A stretch of DNA of 35,645 nt from Macrostomum lignano (lineage: Eukaryota). Positions within the stretch are counted from its first letter, which is position 1; each line of letters begins with the position of its first letter. Made by a program: the position numbers and the translations under genes. Location of the stretch: positions 28,521 to 64,165 of the forward strand of contig NIVC01001041.1 in NCBI GenBank assembly GCA_002269645.1, written 5' to 3'. The notes under the pieces were generated by a model, which saw nothing but the letters and a program-made list of their open reading frames with translations, was not told the origin of the DNA and made no database searches. This document shows, piece by piece, positions 11,059-22,100 of this stretch.

Positions 11059-11443
11059 CGCCAAGAAGCAGCTGGACCCCAGCTTCACCGACTGGGACTT
11101 CATTCTGCAGGACGACAAGAAGCAGCTCATCGGCCGTGGTGGATTCGGCAAGGTGTACAAGGCCCTCACAGACCGCAACCAGACGGTGGCTGTCAAGGTG
11201 CTGCCCCTGAGCGGCACCGGCCAATCGGGGAAGCTGCAGAGAGCCGTCGAGATGGAGAAGCGGGGAGTTGAGATCCTCAAGCGACTCTCGCATCCCAACA
11301 TCCTGCAGTTCCTCAAGTGCGAGCAGAAGTCGGATGGGCTGTACATCTTCACCGAGCTGGTCTCGGGTCACAGCCTCTTTGAGCTGATGCAGCGTCAAAA
11401 AAAGCCGTTCAAGGAGTCCGGGGTCAGGGACTTCTCCAGACAG
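11059..11443 (+). CDS. Ankyrin-repeat kinase, exon 3 (kinase N-lobe)
   Basis: Acceptor TTTCATGTTTCAG|C. Contains IGRGGFGKVY, VAVK, HPNILQFL and IFTELVSGHSL. Donor CAG|GTGCGT (phase 0). Confidence 0.92.
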
Positions 11444-11476
11444 GTGCGTGTCTGAGTTCTCTGGCATTGCCTGGCA

Positions 11477-11735
11477 TGGGTGGGATCAGTGTGGGATCAG
11501 TGTGGGATCAGTGTGGGATCAGTGTGGGATCAGTGTGGGATCAGTGTGGGATCAGTGTGGGATCAGTGTGGGATTAGTGTGGGTTCAGTGTGGGATCAGT
11601 GTGGGATCAGTGTGGGATCAGTGTGGGATCATTGTGGGTTCAGTGTGGGATCATTGTGGGATCAGTGTGGGATCATTGTGGGTTCAGTGTGGGATCAGTG
11701 TGGGATCAGTGTGGGATTAGTGTGGGATCAGTGTG
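11477..11735. repeat. 11-bp intronic minisatellite GGGATCAGTGT (intron 3)
   Basis: Direct reading. Confidence 0.95.
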
Positions 11736-11784
11736 GGTGGGAGCAGGTATGGGGTCTCATGACTGCTCAAAACTGCTCCTGCAG

Positions 11785-12270
11785 ATCTGCTCAGGCCTGA
11801 ACTTTCTGCACTGCCAGCCGGAGGGCGCTATCTTGCACCGTGACATTAAGAGCTCCAATATTATGCTCACCAACGAGGGCGTCATCAAGCTGATCGACTT
11901 CGGTCTGGCCAAGGAGATTGAGAAGACCTGCGGTCTTAGCACAGGCTTCGGACCAAAAGGTACCATGTACTTCATGGCTCCGGAGCTGTTCGACACAAAA
12001 TTGAAATCACTTCTGTACTCAGCCAAGACCGACGTGTGGGCCTTCGGCTGCACCGTGTATGAGCTGACGGCCATGCAGCCTCCTGATGGAGACCAGCCAA
12101 TTGAAAATATTGGCATTCTGCGGTTTAGAAAGCAGAAGATGCCTCGGATTGCGGACGGGTTCTCAGCCGGCCTGAAGGACTTCTACCTCAGGTGCGTAGA
12201 CTATGACCCGAGGAAGCGAGCGGACACCGCGGAGCTGCTGCGGCACAGCTTCCTGAGTGCCTCATCCTGA
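11785..12270 (+). CDS. Ankyrin-repeat kinase, exon 4 (kinase C-lobe, MAP3K/STE11-like)
   Basis: Acceptor CTCCTGCAG|ATC (phase 0). Contains [20 protein letters not shown] and [18 protein letters not shown]. Stop TGA ends at 12270. Confidence 0.93.
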   Translation: MCSGLNFLHCQPEGAILHRDIKSSNIMLTNEGVIKLIDFGLAKEIEKTCGLSTGFGPKGTMYFMAPELFDTKLKSLLYSAKTDVWAFGCTVYELTAMQPPDGDQPIENIGILRFRKQKMPRIADGFSAGLKDFYLRCVDYDPRKRADTAELLRHSFLSASS

Positions 12271-12320
12271 CTGCGAGAGCGATGGGCTGTGAGGGAGCGG
12301 AGCGGCTCTTGGAGCGGCCG

Positions 12321-12800
12321 GTTTTGCTTGGTGATGTTTTTTGTTTATCTGATTGCTCTTTTTGTTTATCTGATTGCCTTCTTGTTTATTCGATTGCCCT
12401 TTCTGTTTATCTGATTGACCTTTTTGTTTATTCGATTGCTCTTTTTGTTTATCCGATTGCTCTTTTTGTTTATCCGATTGCCCTTTTTGTTTATCCGATT
12501 GACCTTTTTGTTTATCTGATTGCCCTTTTTTGTTTATCTGATTGCCCTTTTTGTTTATTTGATTGCCCTTTTTGTTTATCCGATTGAACTTTTTGTTTAT
12601 CTGATTGCCCTTTTTTGTTTATCCGATTGTCCTTTTTGTTTATCCGATTGACCTTTTTGTTTATTTGATTGCCCTTTTTGTTTATCCGATTGCCCTTTTT
12701 GTTTATCCGATTGCCGTTTTTGTTCATCTGATTGCCCATTTTGTTTATCCGATTGCCCATTTTGTTTATCCGATTGGGCATTTTGTTTATCCGGCTGCTT
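12321..12800. repeat. ~21-bp minisatellite TTTTTGTTTATCCGATTGCCC just 3' of the kinase stop
   Basis: Direct reading. Confidence 0.93.
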
Positions 12801-13283
12801 TGTTTGTTCGAACTGCTCATTCAGATTTTAAATTTTGAATTATCGTTTTGTCTATTGATCACCTGCAGCTACCCGATTCCCGGATCAATTATCCAATCAC
12901 AGTTTTGTTTATTCGTCTGCGATTCGGAATTCAAATTTTATTTATTTGACTGCTGGGTTTGTTTTACCGGTTGCTCCTTTCAATTAATGAGACATTTTTG
13001 TGCTCACTCGAGTGCCATTCCAGTTTCAAGCTGATCAATGTTGATTTTGAAACTCTGGCACAAAGCCAATCACAATTTCCCCAATCTGCTCAGACTGCTC
13101 ACTGCCTACTCCAGATTTTCTGTTGCCGAGAATTTTTCACATTTTTCAGCCACCGGTTTGGCGCTTTTTCCGGCTCTGATTTTTGTATTTGATTTTTGGA
13201 CTGACTTTTTATTAGCAACTGTTGAAGCAGGAAGTCCGGTGCTTACTCAAGAGTTCTCAGTTAAATATACAGCCACCGCTTGG

Positions 13284-13905
13284 CTTGCCGTGACCCGCTG
13301 TGTCCTGACTTGCCGTGACCCGCTGTGTCCTGACTTGCCGTGACCCGCTGTGTCCTGACTTGCCGTGACCCGCTGTGTCCTGACTTGCCGTGACCCGCTG
13401 TGTCCTGACTTGGCGTGACCCGCTGTGTTCTGACTTGCCGTGACCCGCTGTGTCCTGACTTGCCGTGACCCGCTGTGTCCTGACTTGCCGTGACCCGCTG
13501 TGTCCTGACTTGCCGTGACCCGCTGTGTCCTGACTTGCCGTGACCCGCTGTGTCCTGACTTGCCGTGACCCGCTGTGTCCTGACTTGCCGTGACCCGCTG
13601 TGTCCTGACTTGCCGTGACCCGCTGTGTCCTGACTTGCCGTGACCCGCTGTGTCCTGACTTGCCGTGACCCGCTGTGTCCTGACTTGCCGTGACCCGCTG
13701 TGTCCTGACTTGCCGTGACCCGCTGTGTCCTGACTTGCCGTGACCCGCTGTGTCCTGACTTGCCGTGACCCGCTGTGTCCTGACTTGCCGTGACCCGCTG
13801 TGTCCTGACTTGCCGTGACCCGCTGTGTCCTGACTTGCCGTGACCCGCTGTGTCCTGACTTGCCGTGACCCGCTGTGTCCTGACTTGCCGTGACCCGCTG
13901 TGTCC
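13284..13905. repeat. 25-bp minisatellite TGACCCGCTGTGTCCTGACTTGCCG, ~25 nearly perfect units
   Basis: Direct reading. The 25-aa ORF period equals 3 units. Confidence 0.98.
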
Positions 13906-14141
13906 CATTTCATATTTCAATATTTCGCAGCATCATTTCTGAGCCTCACTCAGTGCAATGCACACAACAGTGGGAGGAAGGCAGAGCTGATGAAGCAGGC
14001 ATGCAGTGAAGCTGGCCATTGTTTTCAAAGGGCTTGCAGAGTGTCATGAAGTCTGAGGCTGCCCCACGGCTCGGCCCCTCACGCAGTGAGCAAAGAGATG
14101 TGCAGAGCCCTTAACTGCAGAGACGCTGCAGAGCTGCTCCA

Positions 14142-14155
14142 GTTGCCATGGCAAC
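14142..14155. promoter_or_regulatory. Perfect RFX X-box-like palindrome GTTGCCATGGCAAC
   Basis: Exact match to the X-box consensus GTNRCC(N0-3)RGYAAC. No associated gene identified. Confidence 0.3.
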
Positions 14156-14575
14156 GGGGGAGACTCGAGCACGGAGAGTCTGTGGACAGATGAGCAATGT
14201 GCTCACCTGGAGGCTGGGTGGTGCTGCTTGTTGCTTCATCTGCACAAAAGTGTGTTCAAACGAGCATCAGCCATTCTGTGCATCTCTTTTGAACAGCTGA
14301 TGCTGCATCAATGATGCTGGCAGACACTTGAGTCTGTGCTCACTCAGTGCGCTGTGAAATGTACATAAATAAGTGTTTGCAGTGGCTTCGCATTGCATTG
14401 AACTGAGACAATGGCGGGCATGAGGGCTGCTCAGCCACCTCAGCCGCTGTTTTGAGCAGGAAAATGAGAATAGAACCGCATTTCTGCTTTTGTTTGGACC
14501 GAATTTGGTGGGAAAACACTTTTGAGACTACTCTAGATAGCAGAGTATGGTTTTAAACTGAATGCACACTCTTGC

Positions 14576-16399
14576 TGTTAGACATGTCCTGTTAGACATG
14601 GGAGTCTCCTGTTAGACATGGGAGTCTCCTGTTAGACATGGGAGTCTCCTGTTAGACATGGGAGTCTCCTGTTAGACATGGGAGTCTCCTGTTAGACATG
14701 GGAGTCTCCTGTTAGACATGGAGTCTCCTGTTAGACATGGGAGTCTCCTGTTAGACATGGGAGTCTCCTGTTAGACATGGGAGTCTCCTGTTAGACATGG
14801 AGTCTCCTGTTAGACATGGGAGTCTCCTGTTAGACATGGGAGTCTCCTGTTAGACATGGGAGTCTCCTGTTAGACATGGAGTCTCCTGTTAGACATGGGA
14901 GTCTCCTGTTAGACATGGGAGTCTCCTGTTAGACATGGGAGTCTCCTGTTAGACATGGGAGTCTCCTGTTAGACATGGGAGTCTCCTGTTAGACATGGGA
15001 GTCTCCTGTTAGACATGGGAGTCTCCTGTTAGACATGGGAGTCTCCTGTTAGACATGGGAGTCTCCTGTTAGACATGGGAGTCTCCTGTTAGACATGGGA
15101 GTCTCCTGTTAGACATGGGAGTCTCCTGTTAGACATGGGAGTCTCCTGTTAGACATGGCAGTCTCCTGTTAGACATGGGAGTCTCCTGTTAGACATGGGA
15201 GTCTCCTGTTAGACATGGGAGTCTCCTGTTAGACATGGGAGTCTCCTGTTAGACATGGGAGTCTCCTGTTAGACATGGAGTCTCCTGTTAGACATGGGAG
15301 TCTCCTGTTAGACATGGGAGTCTCCTGTTAGACATGGGAGTCTCCTGTTAGACATGGGAGTCTCCTGTTAGACATGGGAGTCTCCTGTTAGACATGGGAG
15401 TCTCCTGTTAGACATGGGAGTCTCCTGTTAGACATGGGAGTCTCCTGTTAGACATGGGAGTCTCCTGTTAGACATGGAGTCTCCTGTTAGACATGGAGTC
15501 TCCTGTTAGACATGGGAGTCTCCTGTTAGACATGGGAGTCTCCTGTTAGACATGGGAGTCTCCTGTTAGACATGGGAGTCTCCTGTTAGACATGGGAGTC
15601 TCCTGTTAGACATGGGAGTCTCCTGTTAGACATGGGAGTCTCCTGTTAGACATGGGAGTCTCCTGTTAGACATGGGAGTCTCCTGTTAGACATGGGAGTC
15701 TCCTGTTAGACATGGGAGTCTCCTGTTAGACATGGGAGTCTCCTGTTAGACATGGCAGTCTCCTGTTAGACATGGGAGTCTCCTGTTAGACATGGGAGTC
15801 TCCTGTTAGACATGGGAGTCTCCTGTTAGACATGGGAGTCTCCTGTTAGACATGGGAGTCTCCTGTTAGACATGGGAGTCTCCTGTTAGACATGGGAGTC
15901 TCCTGTTAGACATGGGAGTCTCCTGTTAGACATGAGTCTCCTGTTAGACATGGGAGTCTCCTGTTAGACATGGGAGTCTCCTGTTAGACATGGGAGTCTC
16001 CTGTTAGACATGGGAGTCTCCTGTTAGACATGGGAGTCTCCTGTTAGACATGGGAGTCTCCTGTTAGACATGGGAGTCTCCTGTTAGACATGGGAGTCTC
16101 CTGTTAGACATGAGAGTCTCCTGTTAGACATGGGAGTCTCCTGTTAGACATGGGAGTCTCCTGTTAGACATGGGAGTCTCCTGTTAGACATGGGAGTCTC
16201 CTGTTAGACATGGGAGTCTCCTGTTAGACATGGGAGTCTCCTGTTAGACATGGGAGTCTCCTGTTAGACATGGGAGTCTCCTGTTAGACATGGGAGTCTC
16301 CTGTTAGACATGGGAGTCTCCTGTTAGACATGGGAGTCTCCTGTTAGACATGGGAGTCTCCTGTTAGACATGGGAGTCTCCTGTTAGACACGGGAATCT
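14576..16399. repeat. 20-bp minisatellite CTGTTAGACATGGGAGTCTC, ~90 units
   Basis: Direct reading. Highly homogeneous. Confidence 0.98.
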
Positions 16400-16725
16400 C
16401 CTGTTTGATATGACAGTCTTCTTTACTCTTCTCTCTACCCTCTCATATCCAGCAAAGTTATCATAATTTTCTAGTAGGCTGCATGCAGGCGTACATCGGA
16501 GAATTATTAATTCATGCATGTCATGTCGCTTTGTCCCCATCTTTGTGAGATTCTGGTGAAACTCGGGTGAGATTCTGGTGAGGGTAAGATCAGGGGAAAG
16601 GGCGTAGAATAGAAGGTAAAAGGGGTTCGTAGGCTTCATGCTATTGTTAATTTTGATCGTTGAATTCATGTACTGTTTATGACCGATTCTTCACAGCTAC
16701 CCTACATGTACGAGTTGTGATCATG

Positions 16726-17408
16726 ATTGTCTATGATCTACATGTACTGAGTATGACCCTAATTGTCTATGACCCACTGAGCATGACCGCAATTGTCTAT
16801 GACCTACTGAGTATGACCGCAATTGTCTATGACCTACTGAGTATGACCGCGATTGTCTATGACCTACTGAGCATAACCGCAATTGTCTATGACCTACTGA
16901 GCATGACCGCAATTGCCTATGACCTACTGAGCATGACCGCAATTGTCTATGACCTACTGAGCATGACCGCAATTGTCTATGACCTACTGAGCATGACCGC
17001 AATTGCCTATGACCTACTGGGCACGACCGCAATTGTCTATGACCTACTGAGCATGACCGCAATTGCATATGACCTACTGAGCATGACCGCAATTGTCTAT
17101 GACCTGCTGGGTGTGACCGCAATTGTCTATGACCTACTGAGTATGACCGCAATTGTCTATGACCTGCTGGGTGTGACCGCAATTGTCTGATGACCTACTG
17201 AGCATGACCGCAATTGTCTGATGACCTACTGAGTATGACCGCAATTGTCTGATGACCTACTGAGGATGACCGCAATTGTCTATGACCTACTGAGCATGAA
17301 CGCAATTGTCTATGACCTACTGAGCATGAACGCAATTGTCTATGACCTACTGAGCATGAACGCAATTGTCTATGACCTACTGGGTATGACCGCAATTGTC
17401 TATGACCT
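16726..17408. repeat. 30-bp minisatellite ATTGTCTATGACCTACTGAGCATGACCGCA
   Basis: Direct reading. 10-aa ORF period (IVYDLLSMTA). Confidence 0.96.
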
Positions 17409-17604
17409 AAATCAATGCCTAAATGCTAAACGAACGATTTGTTATAAATTAATCAAAGGCATCCAAGTAAATTAACAATAAACATGGACCTCATAATCTC
17501 ATAATTGTAGAGTTGCCGTGCCATCAAAATTATTCGATGACATTCTGCACAGTCTCCAGATTGCATTGATTAAAAAATCGATACCAACTCAGAATGACAA
17601 TCTG

Positions 17605-18322
17605 TGAGCACAGTTTAACCAACTCAGGCTTACTGAGCACAGTTTAACCAACTCAGGCTTACTGAGCACAGTTTAACCAACTCAGGCTTACTGAGCACAG
17701 TTTAATCAACTCAGGCTTACTGAGCACAGTTTAACCAACTCAGTCTTATTTAGCACAGTTTAACCAACTCAGGCTTACTGAGCACAGTTTAACCAACTCA
17801 GGCTTACTGAGCACAGTTTAATCAACTCAGGCTTACTGAGCACAGTTTAACCAACTCAGGCTTACTGAGCACAGTTTAATCAACTCAGGCTTACTGAGCA
17901 CAGTTTAACCAACTCAGGCTTATTGAGCACAGTTTAACCAACTCAGGCTTACTGAGCACAGTTTAACCAACTCAGGCTTACTGAGCACAGTTTAACCAAC
18001 TCAGGCTTACTGAGCACAGTTTAACCAACTCAGGCTTACTGAGCACAGTTTAATCAACTCAGGCTTACTGAGCACAGTTTAACCAACTCAGGCTTACTGA
18101 GCACAGTTTAATCAACTCAGGCTTACTGAGCACAGTTTAACCAACTCAGGCTTACTGAGCACAGTTTAACCAACTCAGGCTTACTGAGCACAGTTTAATC
18201 AACTCAGGCTTACTGAGCACAGTTTAACCAACTCAGGCTTACTGAGCACAGTTTAATCAACTCAGGCTTACTGAGCACAGTTTAACCAACTCAGGCTTAC
18301 TGAGCACAGTTTAACCAACTCA
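17605..18322. repeat. 29-bp minisatellite GAGCACAGTTTAACCAACTCAGGCTTACT, ~25 units
   Basis: Direct reading. Confidence 0.97.
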
Positions 18323-18632
18323 GTATTATGCTTCTCTTGACTGCTGTGTTTCCATGGCCTTCAGCTCAAACCCACCGTATGCTGGTAGCAGGTATTCGGC
18401 TCCGATGCTTACTTAAGTGGATCTGCTTTACCATTCTCAATTACGTTAATTTTTGGCCCCTTCTGCTCAAGTGCACTTTAATCTAATTGTCCCATGTCTA
18501 CTAAAGTTGATTTGTTTAACCTTACTTAATTAATGTGAACTTTTTTTCTTATAATATTTTTTCTTTTCGTTCAGTTTTTTACCCTGTGATTATTCGAAAG
18601 TTTTCTAACTAATAAATTACTATTTATTACAG

Positions 18633-19003
18633 TTTTATCGCCACTGAAAAACTTCACATCGCAAACCAATTCGGATTGATTGTTGCTTGGTGACTCCTTG
18701 ATGAGCAGTTGGCAATACATTTTCCTAATATGCTATACGGGTATTCTCTTTTACAACAAGGATATGCTTGCCGCACCTTACTGTAAGCGTACTTACTGTA
18801 AGCGATATTGTTTGCGGAGATTAAAAATATTTTTAGATTGGCAGATTATACTCGTATATCCGCGAGAGCCAAAGAAGCGATGCATAGAGATTGCTGGCAG
18901 CTGCCGTACCGGGTTTTATGCGCTTTTTCATGTTTCTTGGAGTTTTTGTGGGTGTCCAACCATGCAGTATCGATATTGGCCCCTCCCATGGGCCGGCGAC
19001 CAA
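18633..19003. mobile_element. Dispersed repeat head, diverged copy C
   Basis: TTTTATCGCCACT... matches ~28176 and GTAAGCGATATTGTTTGCGGAGATT matches ~724 and ~28724. It leads into the same 36-bp minisatellite. Confidence 0.5.
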
Positions 19004-20130
19004 CCCTGCCCCTCACCCTACATCCCAGCCTGTCTCCCTTCCTGCCCCTCACCCTACATCCCAGCCTGTCTCCCTCCCTGCCCCTCACCCTACATCCCAG
19101 CCTGTCTCCCTTCCTGCCCCTCACCCTACATCCCAGCCTGTCTCCCTCCCTGCCCCTCACCCTACATCCCAGCCTGTATCTCCCTGCCCCTCACCCTACA
19201 TCCCAGCCTGTCTCCCTTCCTGCCCCTCACCCTACATCCCAGCCTGTCTCCCTTCCTGCCCCTCACCCTACATCCCAGCCTGTCTCCCTCCCTGTCATCA
19301 CCTCTCTCCCTGCCCCTCACCCTACATCCCAGCCTGTCTCCCTCCCTGCCCCTCACCCTACATCCCAGCCTGTCTCCCCCTGCCCCTCACCCTACATCCC
19401 AGCCTGTCTCCCTCCCTGCCCCTCACCCTACATCCCAGCCTGTCTCCCTCCCTGCCCCTCACCCTTCATCCCAGCCTGTCTCTCTCCCTGCCCCTCACCC
19501 TACATCCCAGCCTGTCTCCCTCCCTGCCCCTCACCCTACATCCCAGCCTGTCTCCCTCCCTGCCCCTCACCCTACATCCCAGCCTGTCTCCCTCCCTGCC
19601 CCTCACCCTACATCCCAGCCTGTCTCCCTCCCTGCCCCTCACCCTTCATCCCAGCATGTCTCTCTCCCTGCCCCTCACCCTACATCCCAGCCTGTCTCCC
19701 TCCCTGCCCCTCACCCTTCATCCCAGCCTGTCTCTCTCCCTGCCCCTCACCCTACATCCCAGCCTGTCTCCCTCCCTGCCCCTCACCCTACATCCCAGCC
19801 TGTCTCCCTCCCTGCCCCTCACCCTACATCCCAGCCTGTCTCCCTCCCTGCCCCTCACCCTTCATCCCAGCATGTCTCTCTCCCTGCCCCTCACCCTACA
19901 TCCCAGCCTGTCTCCCTCCCTGCCCCTCACCCTACATCCCAGCCTGTCTCCCTCCCTGCCCCTCACCCTACATCCCAGCCTGTCTCCCTCCCTGCCCCTC
20001 ACCCTACATCCCAGCCTGTCTCCCTCCCTGCCCCTCACCCTACATCCCAGCCTGTCTCCCTCCCTGCCCCTCACCCTTCATCCCAGCCTGTCTCTCTCCC
20101 TGCCGCTCACCCTTCATCCCAGCCTGTCTC
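19004..20130. repeat. 36-bp minisatellite, variant unit (...TCTCCCTCCCTGC), ~31 units
   Basis: Direct reading. Confidence 0.97.
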
Positions 20131-20530
20131 TTTCAGGTGGCTGATAAACAGAGCTTGTGCATGCAGGTGAAAGACAGACCACCCAAGAGCTGAGAGGCCA
20201 GTGAGCAGTGCTTTGCGGAGATGCTGAGAGACTCGAGGCTGAGCGCCCACCCCAAGCCTAAGGCAGTCCGAAGCGGGCAGCTGAGAAGATGAGGTGCAAA
20301 GGAGTTGCCAAGTAATTCAGCATTTCATGAGAGACAAAGGCGGTCAGTACGGTGGCACAATGAGCTGCTCAGGGCCTCTGCAGAGAGGAGGCTAGCAGCT
20401 CTAAATGATGCAGAGTGAGATGGGGCTGAGCTGTCGAATCCCAGCAGTACACAGCAGCTGTTCAGAAAATGCAGCTCTTGACAGCATGACATATCAGGGG
20501 CACTGAGAATCAAGGTCATTGCAAAAGCGA

Positions 20531-20770
20531 GATTTAATTAGCGATGAGGCTGCAGAGATGCTGAGCTGTCGGAGGCTGCACTGGCGGCTGCTCCCGAATG
20601 ATTTTCAGCCCCAGCCTTGCACAATGGAGACTCTGCATTGTGCTTGAGCACCCTGCCTTCCCCTCACTGCACCTTCGCTTTTGTGCTCAGAGATGACGGG
20701 CGGAGGCTGGGCTGCCGGCCAGCTGCACTTTTAGCCTATTTAGCTTTCTAGAAACTGGAGAAAACAAGTC
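20531..20770. repeat. Dispersed ~240-bp repeat, copy 1 (copy 2 at ~24784-25003)
   Basis: Shared GATTTAATTAGCGATGA...GCACAATGGAGACTCTGCATTGTGCTTGAGCACCCTGCC...GGAGAAAACAAG. Confidence 0.88.
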
Positions 20771-20777
20771 TTTATTA

Positions 20778-22100
20778 GCCCCGGCCTCAGCCCCATTCCC
20801 AGCCCCAGTCCCAGCCTCAGTCCCAGCCCCATTCCCAGCCCCGGCCCCAGCCCCATTCCCAATCCCAGCCCCATTCCCAACCCCAGTCCAAGCCCCATTC
20901 CCAGCCCCAGTCCCAGCCCCATTCCCAGCCCCATTCCCAGCCCCAGTCCCAGCCCCATTCCCAGCCCCAGTCCAAGCCCCATTCCCAGCCCCATTCCCAG
21001 CCCCAGTCCCAGTCCCAGTCCAAGTCCCAGTCCCAGCCCCATTCCCAGTCCCATTCCCAGCCCCATTCCCAGCCCCAGTCCCAGCCCCAGTCCCAGTCCC
21101 AGTCCAAGTCCCAGTCCCAGCCCCATTCCCAGCCCCATTCCCAGCCCCAGTCCCAGTCCCAGTCCAAGTCCCAGTCCCAGCCCTATTCCCAGTCCCATTC
21201 CCAGCCCCATTCCCAGCCCCAGTCCCAGCCCCAGTCCAAGCCCCATTCCCAGTCCCATTCCCAGCCCCAGTCCCAGCCCCAGTCCAAGCCCCAGTCCCAG
21301 CCCCATTCCCAGCCCCATTTCCAGCCCAAGTCCAAGCCCCATTCCCAGCCCCATTCCCAGCCCCAGTCCCAGTCCCAGTCCAAGTCCCAGTCCAAGCCCC
21401 ATTCCCAGCCCCAGTCCAAGCCCCATTCCCAGCCCCAGTCCCAGTCCCAGTCGAAGTCCCAGTCCAAGCCCCATTCCCAGCCCCAGTCCAAGCCCCATTC
21501 CCAACCCCATTCCCAGCCCCAGTCCCAGTCCCAGTCGAAGTCCCAGTCCCAGCCCCATTCCCAGCCCCAGTCCCAGCCCCAGTCCAAGCCCCATTCCCAG
21601 TCCCATTCCCAGCCCTAGTCCCAGCCTCAGTCCAAGCCCCAGTCCCAGCCCCATTCCCAGCCCCATTTCCAGCCCCAGTCCAAGCCCCATTCCCAGCCCC
21701 ATTCCCAGCCCCAGTCCCAGTCCCAGTCCAAGTCCCAGTCCCAGCCCCATTCCCAGCCCCATTCCCAGTCCCAGTCTAAGTCCCAGTCCCAGCCCCATTC
21801 CCAGCCCCAGTCCCAGCCCCAGTCCAAGCCCCATTCCCAGTCCCATTCCTAGCCCTAGTCCCAGCCTCAGTCCAAGCCCCAGTCCCAGCCCCATTCCCAG
21901 CCCCATTTCCAGCCCCAGTCCAAGCCCCATTCCCAGCCCCATTCCCAGCCCCAGTCCCAGTCCCAGTCCAAGTCCCAGTCCCAGCCCCATTCCCAGCCCC
22001 ATTCCCAGTCCCAGTCTAAGTCCCAGTCCCAGTTCCAGTCCCAGCCCCATTCCTAGCCCCAGTCCCAGTCCAAGTCCCAGTCCCAGCCCCAGTCCCAGAC
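20778..22100. repeat. Hexamer-based array (CCCAGT/CCCAGC/CCCATT/CCAAGC) with higher-order blocks
   Basis: Direct reading. Gives the GL/GM and WD/WE dipeptide pseudo-ORFs. Confidence 0.97.

Noticed and set aside
7770-12270. Assignment to a named ANK-kinase (ILK, DAPK, RIPK4/ANKK1, TNNI3K, RNase L) or to MAP3K19
   Set aside because: The domain order and kinase motifs do not let me identify a specific ortholog, so the gene symbol is left blank pending phylogeny.
20135-20530. Coding-like plus-strand segment (RWHNELLRASAERRLAALNDAE)
   Set aside because: Multiple stops in every frame and no identifiable homology. At most a relic.
20778-22100. True telomere or interstitial TTAGGG tract; Gly-Leu repeat protein
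   Set aside because: Canonical TTAGGG/CCCTAA units are essentially absent, and the 487-aa ORF is a by-product of the hexamer period.
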